Part shown: piece after piece, positions 1 to 13,003 of the stretch
Position numbering within the stretch: the stretch's first letter is position 1
Layout: the number at the start of each line of letters is the position of its first letter
From: Lepidodermella squamata
Taxonomy: Eukaryota; Animalia; Gastrotricha
Reading direction: 5' to 3'
NCBI GenBank assembly: GCA_047495785.1
Contig: JBLDXI010000009.1
Location: 868,001 to 932,000 of the forward strand
DNA: 64,000 bases
Notes under the pieces: generated by a model
The model's input: only the letters and a program-made list of their open reading frames with translations
The model's database searches: none
Told to the model about the DNA's origin: nothing
Made by a program: the position numbers and the translations under genes

Positions 1-58
1 TGTAAGCATTCGTTTTTATATGCACTTTGCTTCCGTGTTTTACGATGCTCTATTTCAG

Positions 59-1376
59 CCGGAGGAAATCGATCCTAAAAATGCTGGTATATTGGAGAAA
101 AAGTGGGTAGCTATCGTCCGACTATCCCGCAAAGTCATGGAGTTGGAAGCTCGCAATGCAGAGCTGCAACGAGAAAATAGTGCTGCGACAATTATGCCGA
201 CAGATGGTGTGCCATCAGTTGGGCCCCCTGGAAAACGCAATCCAGCGGAATGGATTCCTCGTCCTCCTGAGAAATTTCAGATGACTGGTCATCGAAGCAC
301 AGTTACCCGTGTTATCTTTCACCCGGTTTTTTCCTCCACGTTGGTATCTTCGAGTGAAGACTCAACGATTAAAGTTTGGGATTGTGACAATGGAGAACTC
401 GAGCGAACCCTGAAAGGGCACACTGATGCCGTTCAGGACTTGGCCTTTGATCCGGCTGGCCGAATCTTGGCTTCCTGTTCAGCAGACTTGTCCATAAAGC
501 TTTGGGATTTTCAGTCCAACTTCAATTGCATTAGAACGCTACATGGCCATGATCATAATGTCAGTAGTGTTACTTTTCTTCCACCTGCTGGCGATTTTAT
601 AGCAACATGCTCTCGCGACAAGTCCGTCAAGTTGTGGGAAGTTGCAAGTGGCTATTGTGTGAAAACTTTAACAGGTTTTTTTCAAACGAATATATTTATC
701 AGCAGGATATTAATTCTTACATGTAGGTCATACCGATTGGGTTCGATGCGTTCGAGTTAGCCCAGACAGTCGCCTGTTGGCTAGTGCTTCCAGTGACCAG
801 ACTATTCGTGTTTGGGAATTAGCTACCCGAGAGTGCCGAGCTGAATTGCGCGATCACTCAAATGTGGTCGAATGCCTAGCGTGGGCGCCTATAGATGCAG
901 CTTCTACGGAGACCCTGACATCTGCGTTGACATCTCCATCAGAAAATAGCATGAATGGAAATCAAGGAACGGAGACAAGGCATCATCAGAACGCTCCAGG
1001 TTTGCGGAATTTTAGTTGAGAGAATACTTCATACTCATGGGTTTTGTGCATTTCAGTGCATTTTCTGGTTTCCGGTAGCAGGGACAAAACTATTAAAGTC
1101 TGGGATGTGTCGCGCTCTACGTGTGTGCTCACACTATCTGGGCATGACAACTGGGTACGGAGCGTCGCTTTCCATCCACTGGCCAACGGTCGGTATCTTC
1201 TCTCGGCATCTGACGACAAAACTGTGCGAGTCTGGGATCTGAAGCAGCGGCGGCTCTATAAAACGCTAGACTCGGCCCATCAGCATTTCGTAACCACCCT
1301 TGACATTCATCGTGGTGCCCAATATGTCGCAACTGGCAGCGTGGATTTGTCTGTAAAACTGTGGGAATGCAGATGA
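59..1376 (+). CDS. PAFAH1B1: LIS1/PAFAH1B1 dynein regulator (WD40), 5'-truncated by the window edge
   Basis: LEKKW...RKVMELE coiled coil, [25 protein letters not shown] repeats, C-terminus ...VKLWECR*. Introns 2-58, 675-726 and 1000-1056 (GT-AG) join the ORF pieces in frame. Confidence 0.96.
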
Positions 1377-4300
1377 TGCGTTAGATTAAACCTATAACTT
1401 TGTCAACATCCGTTTATTCGCTGGTCAATAATAATGATTATCCTCGTACACCCAGCGATCGCAATTCTTTGTTAGCGTGCTATATTTTGCTGTAGTTAAG
1501 TTTTGTTGTGATTCAAGACTTGATCCGAAATTCTAGTGGGTAGTTTGATGAAAAGTACGCAAACCTGACGTTTTTAACAAATTTTATCGCTTTCAATAGG
1601 CAGTGTTCCGATTTGCAATCTTTAGCAACATCATTTAATTTGATCTGTAGTTCATGTTGGAACTTTCGTAAAAATATTGGCGATATTGTCTCAAACTGTT
1701 GTCAAAATGCTGTTTCGAACAAACAAAATTCAAAATTTAACCGACGCGGATATTTCCTTCAACTGCTTTTCAACTACATATCTTCCCATTTTTCGCTTTT
1801 CTTCTGGTTCGTTTTTCGGAATTCGGATTCGAAAAACATTGACATTTTCAAGCAAGCTATGAATTGTAAATATATAAATACACGGCATTGATAGATTAAT
1901 GTACTACTATTTTTCTACTTTGTGTGGTGTTAATTTCATACTTTTCCTTTCACGCGCGTTTATTCTTTCGCCTACGAGACCGCTAATCAGCTTGACAGCG
2001 TTACTTCGCGCCTTACACCTCCGCGCTCTTTTTGGTCTCCATCAAGAATCAGAATGTAAATATATATTGAAATTTTGTAAATACCTCCGAATCGAACCAC
2101 GAGTGAAGCGATTTAAGTGTTGCTAATTTAGAACGTTTGATGAAAACAATCACTTGGCTTAGGTCATAAGTTCGTCCAGTCATGGTTGTCATTGAAACCT
2201 GTTTAAGGCTGCTTTTTATGTTAAGTTTTCAGCGGGAAAGCACGTATCCGTATTTCGGAGATGTGGCAATTCGAGCTGAATGTAAATAGATAGAAATTAC
2301 TCATTTTCGTTAGCACCCGTGCACGTTTGTGATAATGTTTCGCCTTATGATAGTTACAGCGCGTGATTTCGAAGTCACCTGGGATGAAATTGATTCATCG
2401 CAATAATTCTCCTTCTCAATACTGATTGAGCCAAATCAACCAGGAGCTAATCTCTCTGTGAGATTGCTCCATATGGCACGTGCGGTTGAATTTGTCCCTT
2501 GTTCAATTCTGGACTCGGTGTTCATGCGGCATCTCGACTCTAGGGTTGCTCTACCACCACTTGCGGCGCTCGATGGCGAGATAGTAAGTATAACAGCGAT
2601 GACTGCGCTTTGTTAAGGCGGAGTGATATCGTTGTTATTACTCACGCGCGTCGTTACACTCTATTTGTTGAGCTTCGCACATGCGACTACGTCCTTTTCT
2701 CGACAGCATAGGACCGTCTAATGTCGCTCCATTACCATCGCAGCGTTGCTTATTGTGCTAGATCCTCGTTGCTTGGCTGTTTATATTATAATGATTACTT
2801 ACTAATGCTGTAGAACTTGAAACTGGCCGGCAGGGTCCTGTGGGTCTTTACTTGGCTGACTCCGTGTTATCTGCTGACGCCCACTCTGCTTTTATTTGAG
2901 TTATTTTTATTCGCGTGCTCTCCACGTGTCCTCTACGAGCGCAGTTGTTGCATCGCCGCGGTGGTGTTTTCGCTTATTCGTCAGTCGTCTCGGTTAGATT
3001 TTTGGTAACCGCAGTTCCGGAATACATGAACACTTGCCGCCGTTTGTCGCTAGCCCTAGCGCCCCCTTATGTTCACTGCGAGTAGAATTGAACCCAACGG
3101 AGTAGCTGAGTGCCGGTCTCAATCATCGCTAATTTTACAGTAAGCTTAGTTTCGACTCAGAATAATCTTCAGGTTGATTATTTCATCAGCAAGGTCGATA
3201 TTTATTGTTCTGTTGCTTCGCCTTATCGTTCTGCTATCCCACGAAATCGTGCGCTATTTCTTGAAACAACATAATTGTATCTACTGTATCCGTCCTGAGT
3301 TGTTAACGTACGAAAATACCAAAAAACCATAAATTATAACAATTATTCGCTGAATATTTGCGACATGTTATATGTATAAATATTGAATATATATATGCCT
3401 ATGTATGCATCATAACGATATTGGAAAAAGTGCTATGTCAAATTTTCAGAATAATGAAAAGGAATAAAAGAAATCGATTACTGAATTTTGCGTCGTTCAA
3501 ATCATTGGCGATAAGTTTGTTGTTTGTTTATCCTTTATCCTAAAAGTGCTGAATGCTGAAGTATCAATCTCGATCAATTTTTTATTCAAAGTAGTATCTC
3601 ATCTTGAGATCAACTACAGGAAGCCCAATAATGCTTGGGTGTTACTTGCATCGAGAGTCTCGGATTCGAGGGATTCTTAGCAGAAAGCCTTTTCTTGCTA
3701 AAATATCGAACCAAGGCGTTCAGACATAAAATGTTAAGCTGTTGCGGTAATAATAGTGTAATCGGTATCGGCAGCTTCAAATTCTTCCTAAGTGCTCTCA
3801 GACTGATTTCTCGTGTTACTCGGCAGAAGAAAGAAGAAAATCGAGATATTTGTCGCATCGTGTAACACTCTTCCTAATAGCCGATGGAATGAGCAATTGC
3901 TTTTTGATTAGGTGTTTGGAGCAATATAATAAAATGGGGAGTACCTAATTATTGAAAATGAGACATAACAGTGAACGACGACGATTTCTCCTTATTTCAC
4001 AAAAACCTGACGTACTCATCTAGAGTTTGCCGTTTCCCATATAGCTAGCTACCATAATGCCAATTCAGTTTTGTGATATAATGGATGCACGAGGTTGCCA
4101 GAGACAGCCTATTTAGGTTATATAAATGTGCTGCAGTAAAATTTTCCGCTATCTGAACCATCGAAACTCATGGTTCAACTTTTTATGAAAATTAGATGTC
4201 GGAAGAACCTATATGGTAAAAGTTACCACAAGGATCGTAGACTACCGTATATCTATACTACCGTATATATACTATCGTAGCAGCCTCCTCGCAACGGTAA

Positions 4301-4769
4301 CGGACGGAGTACTTCGGTACGACAAATGTTGGGTCGCGTAAGCCAAGTTATCGCCGTAGATGGCCGTAGACACTCGGCATTGTAAAAAACACGTCTTATG
4401 TAATACCTCCACACTTCATGCCACACTTAGCCTAGCTAGCGGAAATAACAGCCAGTTGAGACAAATTTGTAGGTTCGATGTCGGTTAACAAGCGGCCCTG
4501 TGCTTAAGATGTTCACAACATCGAACTAAAAACGAAGGCGGGTGTGATGGAACCAGGTAACGGATCCTACACTGTAAAAAATACAGTTGCTTCGATTTTC
4601 GGTAGGCCCAAGTCACCCCACTTGAAGGCACTTAGGCTGAGAGGGGTGCCTTTTGACAAGGAAGAAAGGTTAAAATGAGGGGAAATTTGAGACGGTGTCG
4701 AATTTCAGCATTTTGTGTCTGCACAGCGAACCAGGTTAGTCCAAACTAATCCGACATTTTCAGATTGCT

Positions 4770-7700
4770 CTTAATACTGGCTCTTGGCTCTTAAAACGAG
4801 GAGTTTGGGATCATTTGATGTTCGCCGCCACATCTCACTCATTTCCTCGTTTTTACGGTCGTATGGCGCCCGGCCTCCTCCGGCCCTGCTGGGTCTCCAT
4901 GTCTGGTGGTGTTCCTGGTTTTGGCGTGGCCGCGTCGGGCGCTCCTCCTGGACGCCCCGCGCCGCCTTCGCCATGCCTATCGAGCTAGTGCTCGTGCGTG
5001 TTGGCCAGATCTCGGGCGAATTCTAAGAGTTCGTTTCGTCCTGGGATCGTTTTGCTGAAGTCGCGCCTTACATTTGCCTTACATTGGGTTTACTAACTTT
5101 GAAGAGGCGCGGAAGGCGCTTCTCGCCGCGTCTGGTCTTGCGCCGGACACCGTGTTGGCCTCGATGCAGTTTTATTCTCACCCTCACCCTGGCAAGACAG
5201 TGCGCCAGTATTATAGCGTGATGAAGAGCAGATAAATTTTCACTCAAAAGGTTAGAACTCGGCCTCTAGTGGCCCACTCTGGTGGGAGAACTTTGGGATA
5301 AAATGAAGTCCGAGAACATACGTAGCAAGCTCGCAAGCAAGTGAAAAAACTAAAGCATGCTATGAGCACGCTTGGGCAAGTCTCTTTCGCCGCAAAATTT
5401 GGCTTTTTTTTATCAGATTCATGAGTATTTATTGTTTCATCTTATAGTTAGCCCAGTTGGAATAGGGACTTTTTAGAGCTCAACAAGGCTCAAAACTGGC
5501 ATAGTTATAACAAAAAGTTACGTGCTTTTGAGCAACCAGCTCGACGTCTTCAATTTGCTATAGCTTGGATCCAACCAGGATCCCTTGAGCGAAACTTTAC
5601 AGAAATAAACTGTTTTTCATTGGCTTTCAAATTATCGGAGCTGAAATGACTGCGCTGTTTGGAAATAAACTCGGCTCAATATTTAAGCCCCATACTGTAC
5701 AAGAATGGGTAAAACACGGTATCGCTGACCCGGCCGCTATACGCCATATAGTAGCTGCCTCCTGGTCCTGAAAAAAAGGACGGTTCCCTACGTCTAGCCC
5801 ATGATCTTCGCCGTCTTAATAGCATGACTGTCGACCCTTATTTCGACGATATATCCTCGTTTCCAGCCCTAATAAAGAACATTATCCGGATCATAATGGA
5901 AAATATGCCGTAAAACAGCCAGAAATATGTTCTGCTATCCCGAGCTGTTTGAGCCAGGATATCACGATATCCGGGCTGATTTAACACAGATCATGGCTCG
6001 AAATTTCGGCAGCATTCACCCCTGTTTTTGATTTTTTCAGGATCTTCGCGTCTTTGAGCGCATGCATAAAATGAACTTGAAAATTAAGGGTTCCAAATGC
6101 CAACTTTTTCGTCGCTCCATTTTACCTATCTTGGCATGACGTGAATGAGCTTCTAACCTGCCGGTCCATACCCTACGTCTCGTCGTGGAATGCGCTATAT
6201 TCTCATCATTTCCGATCATTTTTTAGTGGCTTCACGCTGTGTGAGCCCATCCGGAAATTAAGTCTGCAACCGTGATTGAGAAATCGCTCCACTGGATCAA
6301 CAATTTCAGCAGCCATCGTGCTTTGCTCAATGACTTCATCTCCAAGCTCATCGAGGACGTGACTGATGCGTTTGCGATTCGTCGTATTAAAAGCTCCGCA
6401 TATCACCAGCAGACTAACGGTCGTTGTGAGCATTTGAATTTAGTCCTGAATAACTGCATCGCGAAATACATCGTGCCCGGCCAGCATCTCGTCAGGTGCC
6501 GCTTCGTCAAGGCCTGCTGCTCCGGCTATAATTCGTCTCACCATTCGACTCATCGCCACCCACCAGCATATCTTACGCTGGGTCACATGCCCAAATTGGC
6601 CATGGACTGGCAGTGCTCAGCTGAAAAGCCTGAGTCCCAGCCAAAACCCAGAACGAGTTGCGTGAGCATCACGCCGCAACGGCTTGTATGGCAAATTGCG
6701 TCGAGCTTTCGACGACGTTCCAACTCGTTTCCAACTCGCTCGTGCTCGTGAGAAAGAGTGCTATGATCGCAGGTCAGGAAATTGCGAACCGTTCGATATC
6801 GGCGATCTCGTCTACCTTCATGTGCCCAGTAACCGGCCCAATGTGATCCCGAAATTCGCCTCTCGCTACAAGGGTCCCTATTCCGTCGTGGCTCGAGTTT
6901 CGCCTGCTACCTACGCTATTCGCTTCTTTGATCTGTCCGGCTGTGATATCCTTGCCTATCGCAGCCGCCTCAAACTGGCCTGGTTGCGAGATTAACCCAC
7001 GGCTGACCGCTATTCGCAGGCGCAACAGTCGGCCCGTTCGTCGGCCCAAAGCCCAAAGCGCCACCAAGGCTACTGCGCCACCAGGCGCTGCGGCCAAATC
7101 GGCGCCTGCGTTGACTGCGCCGCGGCCGCCCGCCGCCTCAGCTTCGCCGTTGACTGACCTTCGCCAGACCCTTAGCCAGATTGCTCATGAGCCAACCCGT
7201 GATAACAATTTCACGACGGGTGGGTACATACTACGTAGTTTCAAACTGCCGACCTCGGCCAGTTCGGGTACTACAACGGCAAATTCTATTAGTACAACGC
7301 CGACTACAACGACCGTACCGCACGCCGTCGACGACGACGTGATTTTAACCGCCTTGAATATGCAGGTTGAGTATCAAAAGCCGAGGTAGTTCAACACGTG
7401 CTCGATTTTTGGGAAGAAACTGGGACATCGCTAGCTCCGTCACCTGGGACAAATTGAAATCGTATGTCGCCTATCTCAGAAAATGGTGTACGCCGATACC
7501 CCAGAACGGATTCGACTGTTTGTCGCAGTGGGCCACAGTGCCAGCCGTCGACCACGAAGCTGACCGCCTCGTCGATAGTAACTGGGAAACGATACTGCGC
7601 CAGGCGTGATTTGAATTACACTCATCGGCCTTTGAATGCGACGAAGATCTGCGCCAAGAAGTACTGACTGTAACCGAGTCGGACGGATTAACGCTACTTG

Positions 7701-8210
7701 ATCCTAATATTTCCTACCCGACTAAACACTACTAAAATATTGATAAAATCGTCGCCAGCCTGAAGGGTTCAACGATGCGTGACTAATTCAACCGAAATGA
7801 CGCTACAGCACTGCGCCTCGTCGAAAATATCGGCTCAATTAGGCCTCTTCACGCAGCTGATGAGCATCTATGTCGGAAAAATCGGCTCCTCCAACGACAC
7901 CCTACAATAATTCCGACGCTTCAAGCCCAAACAGCCTCGCAACCGCCAGAATACGAAACAACTTCGACGGCAATCCCGCTCGACTAAACCAACGAAGCGG
8001 AACCAAAACCAAAGCCGCGCAAAAAGCGCTTCTATTATTGAAATCAAATAAATCACGAAATTTTGTATATGTGTTCAGTGATCTTATTATAATAATTGTC
8101 AACGTTCTCGTTATCATTACCGATTTTTTTTGATTGCTTGCCCGTGGATGTTATCCTACAAGAAAAGAGCCTAATGCTAGCATTCGTGTTAGAAGCCGCG
8201 GGCGGGGCCG
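4770..8210 (+). mobile_element. Decayed Ty3/Gypsy LTR retrotransposon internal region (RT fragment, integrase, downstream ORF), interrupted by other insertions
   Basis: About 5700-5845 reads ..KKDGSLRLAHDLRRLNSMT.. (Gypsy RT). 6272-6600 has SSAYHQQTNGRCE..YNSSHHST..P..L.LG (integrase core C-half). 6684-6995 has KFASRYKGPYSVV (GPY/F motif). Frameshifts are present and I could not delimit LTRs, so the outer boundaries are approximate. Confidence 0.8.
5240..5698. mobile_element. Tc1/mariner-like non-autonomous remnant inserted in the Gypsy element (one terminus visible)
   Basis: AT-rich block ending ...GCTCAATATTTAAGCCCCATACTG-TA; the reverse complement TA-CAGT... is a typical Tc1 terminus. The left TIR was not found. 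Confidence 0.35.
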
Positions 8211-8429
8211 AGCTAGCCGTGGTGATTCTTAATTTTCAATTTATACGCTAATAATTGCTACATTCCGTTCCTCGTTTCATTATTCGTGATTTCACTTTGT
8301 TATCATGCCTGATAGACCTTAATAATACGTGTATTTCGCGTTATGAGCGGTCAGTTTACATCCTATAGAGCCGATATCAGCCGATTTTTAGTGGTGGAAA
8401 TATTTGGACCCGAAACGAACTGGAAACTG

Positions 8430-8490
8430 GTGGCTTGAACCGGCTGGGGCTTTAAATTGAGCGTGGGATAATAATTCGGCATATACGGTA
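8430..8490. mobile_element. pogo/Tc1-type terminal inverted repeat remnant
   Basis: Ends ...ATAATTCGGCATATACGG-TA (reverse complement TA-CCGTATATGCCGAAT), resembling CCGTA-type termini with a TA target. The partner end is not evident. Confidence 0.35.
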
Positions 8491-8549
8491 ATTTTTATTC
8501 AGCAAATTTACTCCAACCAACAGTGCATCAATGCCCGATCCATTTGGGT

Positions 8550-9450
8550 TGTTTTTTTATTTACCGAATATTTTTAGCTTTAATCGAAGATTAAGGCCTT
8601 GGCAGTTCATCTGTAATTTTAGTAAGTCAATGTCAGTAGTTTCGGGAAAGCATCTGGCGGATTATTCCAGGCTGTGAGGATATCATTTAGTCGTTGTGAT
8701 GGCTCGATCCCGGTACCTAGATTTCGTCGAACTGCACTTTTCCACGCGTTGACAGACGCACCTGGTATTGGTGTCGCGCAAACGAACCACGAAGCGTTCG
8801 TATATCTCTTCTTGGCTCGAGGATTTCAAACCTCGATCGCAACTGGGGTGTGCCACGGCGTGACACGATGAGTTATAAGTCATGATGACCACAAACCGCG
8901 TTTTTCAGTGGCTGTAGGTCAAAACCGGTCGCTTTGCAGAAGCGTTCTTGGACCGCCTATAACCGATCGAGTATCGTTGTGGACGCGTGAGCGTACCTCG
9001 CCATGCCGTACTCCAGGAGAGGCAGGGCATTCGTTTTAAAAGCGTTACCCAGTTGGCGATTCGACAGATACGGCCGAATTCGTAACAGCTGCGGTACAAC
9101 AGTTGATGCTCTCGCTGTCGCTCTCGCCACTTTGTAGTTGATGCATGCCTCCATCGACATTGCTGAATACAGGTTCAGGCCTAGCAGTGACATCTGGCCA
9201 GTCGTGACTTGTTCTGATCCATTTTCTTCCGATTTGGGTTAACAAGCTTTTCTTCTGCCGCATCGAAATCGGGGATATGATAACCGCGTATCAATCCATT
9301 TCTCTGGGTCCATGGAAACTCAGTGAGCCTTTGACCACCTGGTTGCTCGCTCTTCTCCCTTTGCCACATCTTCCAGCACCAGACCTCCGATGTTGAAATC
9401 ATCTGCAAACGTGTACGTCTGCGAATATGAGTAGCTGGGCTCATTTCCGA
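8550..9450 (-). mobile_element. 5'-truncated non-LTR retrotransposon (LINE) RT C-terminal half plus A-rich tail
   Basis: Minus strand reads YTFADDF (RT catalytic motif), LLRIRPYLS..FKTNALPLLEYG and ..WNNPP..; it ends in AATAAAAAAA at about 8552-8562. Contains stops and frameshifts. Confidence 0.85.
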
Positions 9451-9469
9451 TCTGTTTCACACGGAGAAG

Positions 9470-10460
9470 CTGATGCAAGCGTATAATCTACAGCATCTAC
9501 AGCAGGAAGCAAACAACGGTCATCAATAACCAGCGATCTTCATCTATTGATGTGAACTACGGAGTGCCACAGGGCTCAGTCCTGGGCCCACTGCTTTTCT
9601 CCATCTACGTAAATGAACTGTCGTCCGTGTCTTCCGTCGTCGTCCGCAATACGCCGATGATACAACCATATACTTTTCATCGAAAAACGCCGCCGAAATC
9701 GAGAAAACCCTGCAACATGACGTGGACCTAGTAACTGGCTGGCTGAGTTCAAATAGCCTAAAAGTTAATCCGAAAAAATCTCAATTAATGGTTCTATTCT
9801 TAGCCACTCCGACCAAAAAATTACAATAAGGATCGAAAACAGCGAGATAGAAGAAACAAAGTCACTACGCCTTCTAGGATTCTCTTATTTTGACAACAAG
9901 CTTCTTATTCGTGAACAAATCGATAGCACATGCCGTAAAGCACGCAAAGGTCTATTCGCTCTACAACTCGCCTCAAAAAATGGTCTAAATCGCTCATGCC
10001 TCAAGGCTGTGGCAAATGGACTCGTGTTCTCCCATCTACAGTACTGCGACACAGTACTTGGCGAAGCGTGTAAATCCTCACTGGAACGAATGCAAAAGCT
10101 TCAAGATCGAACCATAATGAACGCGCCACAAGACGCCCCAGCTGCGCCATTGCGAAAACAACTCGGATGGTTAGATCTTCGTCAAGGAAAGCGCGACGTT
10201 CATCTGGCAACGATGATGTTCAGATGCGTCACCTAGACGCAATTACCCACTTGTTCACGAAAAAACAGCCTGCTCGGCAATTACGCAGCTCTCGACCATC
10301 TACTTAATTGTTTATTTCAACTATTTTACAATTGTCTTGACTTCCCGAAACTGCCTGATCTGACAACGCCTCTCTGCACGATTTGTTTTTTACATGCACC
10401 TTTTTCCACGTAGAGCTCTCAACATTGGGATTATGCTCGATAAATAAATGAATAAATAAC
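9470..10460 (+). mobile_element. 5'-truncated CR1/L2-clade LINE RT fragment
   Basis: YGVPQGSVLGPLLFSIYVN, QYADDTTIY, WLSSNSLKVNPKKS, GLVFSHLQYC, LRKQLGWL; 3' tail AAATAAATGAATAAATAA at about 10442-10459. Frameshifted. Confidence 0.9.
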
Positions 10461-10638
10461 TCGAAAAATTTAGTGCTGAACAACATGGCCGAAGCATGAA
10501 GCCTGATTATTAGTGCTGAAACTCTGAATTCACATCCAAATAAAAGGTGTGAACAATCGCCGCAGTCGAACGAATCGGATGTATATTCTGTATATTCTGC
10601 TGGAATCCTTCTGCTAACTTCAATGCAGTCGGAAAACG

Positions 10639-11284
10639 GCCGTTTCAGATTCTAGACGCTATGAAATGCTTCCCGAGCAATTGGTTCCCGAAGCAACTGC
10701 TTCCCAAGCAGCACGCTTACAGAGCACTGCTTCTCAAGCATTGCTTCCCAATTCCCAATCAACTGCTTTCCAAGCAACTGATTCCCAAGCAATGATTGAT
10801 TGGGAAGCACTACTTTTCAAGCAAGCTGAATTTTTAGGAAATTCACTATTTAGTCCTGTTAGCGCGGGTTGTAGGCCACACGGAGCAAGGATCCGTTGCA
10901 TGATCAATCAACCGATCGATCAAGGAATTCAACGGTAATAACATAAAAAGCTAATGAAAAAATATGTTTTATTTCACATCTGAATGGAGAGCGGCTAGGA
11001 CCCAGGGCGAAAGATGAGTTTGATCGGAATTTAACAATCCAATTTTTGGCTATACTTGCGATTTCCTATTACTTATTACTTTTGTGGCTCAGCGGTGAAA
11101 AATTGCGAAACTCTGCTTGGGAAGCATTTGCTTTGGAAGCAACTGCTTCAGAAGCAGTGATTGTTACGCCATGTTTGTTTACCTGCTTGTGAAGCACTTT
11201 GCTTCTAGAGTAGTGATTGGGAAGCGGTTGCTTTGGAAGCAATTGCTTGGGAAGCATTTCATAGCGTCTGGAATCTGAAACGGC
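10639..11284. mobile_element. Non-autonomous Foldback-like DNA transposon with TIRs followed by inverted 15-bp tandem arrays
   Basis: Left end GCCGTTTCAGATTCTAGACGCTATGAAATGCTTCCC; right end GGGAAGCATTTCATAGCGTCTGGAATCTGAAACGGC. Flanking direct repeat GGAAAACG at 10631-10638 and 11285-11292. Internal units of about AAGCAACTGCTTCCC are in opposite orientation on each side. Confidence 0.92.
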
Positions 11285-12232
11285 GGAAAACGTACCATGA
11301 TTTTCTTTCGCAGAATAACCTGCAGCAGAAAAATATAACTTTATGTGCTCTCTTTTATAGGAGAGAATTTAATAGGATTATTAATATAAATTATGGAAAT
11401 TTGACTGGAATATATTTGTGACTTGTATTTTGCTTTTGGTGTTGGCAAAAAATCTTCAAAAAAATCTTTTAAAAACAATCTCTTCAAAAACATGGCGAAA
11501 TACTGATGTACGACTTGTTTGAACAGGCCAAATACGGCGGCGCCATAAGATGGTTACTTGCGCCTTGGAAGGAGCTCATTTCCCTTCAGATACGTGCTCA
11601 CTTCTCCCTTCATTGGGAACGATTCGGATTGCTCATTGGGATACCTTAATCGGCTATTGGGAGAAATTGCCTTATACGATACGACAAATACATACCAAGC
11701 AGTTATTTAGACCATACATATTATGTAACATGTAAATTAGACTGAAGCCTTCTCCTGTATTCAAGACCCCGCTCCCCGCTACCTGCTGCGTCCATTAAAA
11801 GGGCTCGGTAGTTTATTGTAAAAACAATGATCCGACTGATACTAAGTAACAGTTTGCCTATAGACGCGGGTATTTACATTTAACTAATTCTTTCTGTGCA
11901 AATGATTATTTATGATTTTGCATGAGTCTTTTATCGTTGAAATGACGATGTCGCACATGAGTGACTGCGGTAGTTCGAGACGTTTAATTTAATGGTGTAA
12001 TTAGTAGTTTACGATTGGTACAAATTGTACACTATTCGACATGACCAAAGCTAGAGGCCTGAAACCTAGAATTCTAGGCTAGAATCATCATTTTTCACAC
12101 TTCATTCTTGTTATTCATTTTTGAGTAGCTTCACGGCCCAAGCGATGTCCGGAAGTCTTTTGGAGAGCAGTGAAATGTTTTCAAAACATAAACACATCAA
12201 CAACAACTACTACTACTGCATCCAAACGCGAA

Positions 12233-12424
12233 CTAAGCATTTAAGTATTTAAGGTTAGGGAGTTGATTTTTTGGCCTACCTGCTTTCCTCCTCATCCTGC
12301 GGAGCAAGCTTCTCATCCATGGTTTGTCGAGTGCTACACTAGCGCCTGGGACGAGAACGCCCGGCCATTCCTCCTGGGCAAAAGCTATCACCTCATGAAG
12401 TTCGTTGCGCCGAAGAACTAGCAA
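12233..12424 (-). mobile_element. Possible piggyBac-like transposase fragment
   Basis: ..WPGVLVPGASVALDKPW.. loosely resembles the PG..V.VDE motif around the first catalytic Asp of piggyBac transposases. Short and degenerate. Confidence 0.2.
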
Positions 12425-13003
12425 ACAAACAACTCTATCGATCTATATACATAAAACCGTGAATATTCGCTAATCATCTTATGAGCACTTGGCATATTAT
12501 ACAGATGGGAGATTCGCCCTAAGTTAGCCCTAATTTTAGTGTCAATTTCCTCAGGTCCGGTGCGCAGTAAGCAATTTGAGCGCGGGAATCAGTGAATGAG
12601 GTGAATTTTTCTTATATAAATCGACACGGTTTATTAGGCTTGCCTTAACGAGCAAAATCTCAAGTTGAAGCCAACGGATTTTGAGTGAACTGGGGCATAA
12701 TGTCGGATAGGATGCCGGAATTTATGCATGGGAGCCTCACATGATACCTTATGGAATTATCCGAAATTTTTACCGATTATTTACAGAAAGCTGAAATCAA
12801 GAAAACGTTGCGGTCTAATCAGTACGATTTTAATGTGGGGCATTTTCTTATCTGTAGCGTCACTTGTATTCGCTAATTATATGGATTTTATGATGTTTCA
12901 TGAAGCTTCTTATGCATGCGTTGCTCTGATCCTTTGAGATAATTTCCTGAAGGACTGAACCAGATTCAAAATTAATTTTTGCTAATTTTTTAGGCATAGT
13001 AAA

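Noticed and set aside
2600-3030. Possible LTR (purine tract AAGGCGGAG, then TG.., later TGGTAACCGC as a PBS-like site)
   Set aside because: No second LTR copy, no TG..CA termini or TSD could be established, and I could not match the PBS to a tRNA.
3135-3175. Minus-strand CTGAAGA...GAAAC hammerhead-like motif
   Set aside because: Stem II is barely formable and there is no stem I or cleavage triplet; compatible with chance.
4240-4280. TACCGTATAT repeats as the left TIR partner of the 8430-8490 terminus
   Set aside because: Only 10 bp match, within a local tandem duplication; not enough to define a 4-kb element.
10666-11260. Short repeat array as CRISPR-like or as coding ORFs
   Set aside because: Eukaryotic context, no unique spacers, and the arrays are inverted within TIRs; fully explained by the Foldback-like element.
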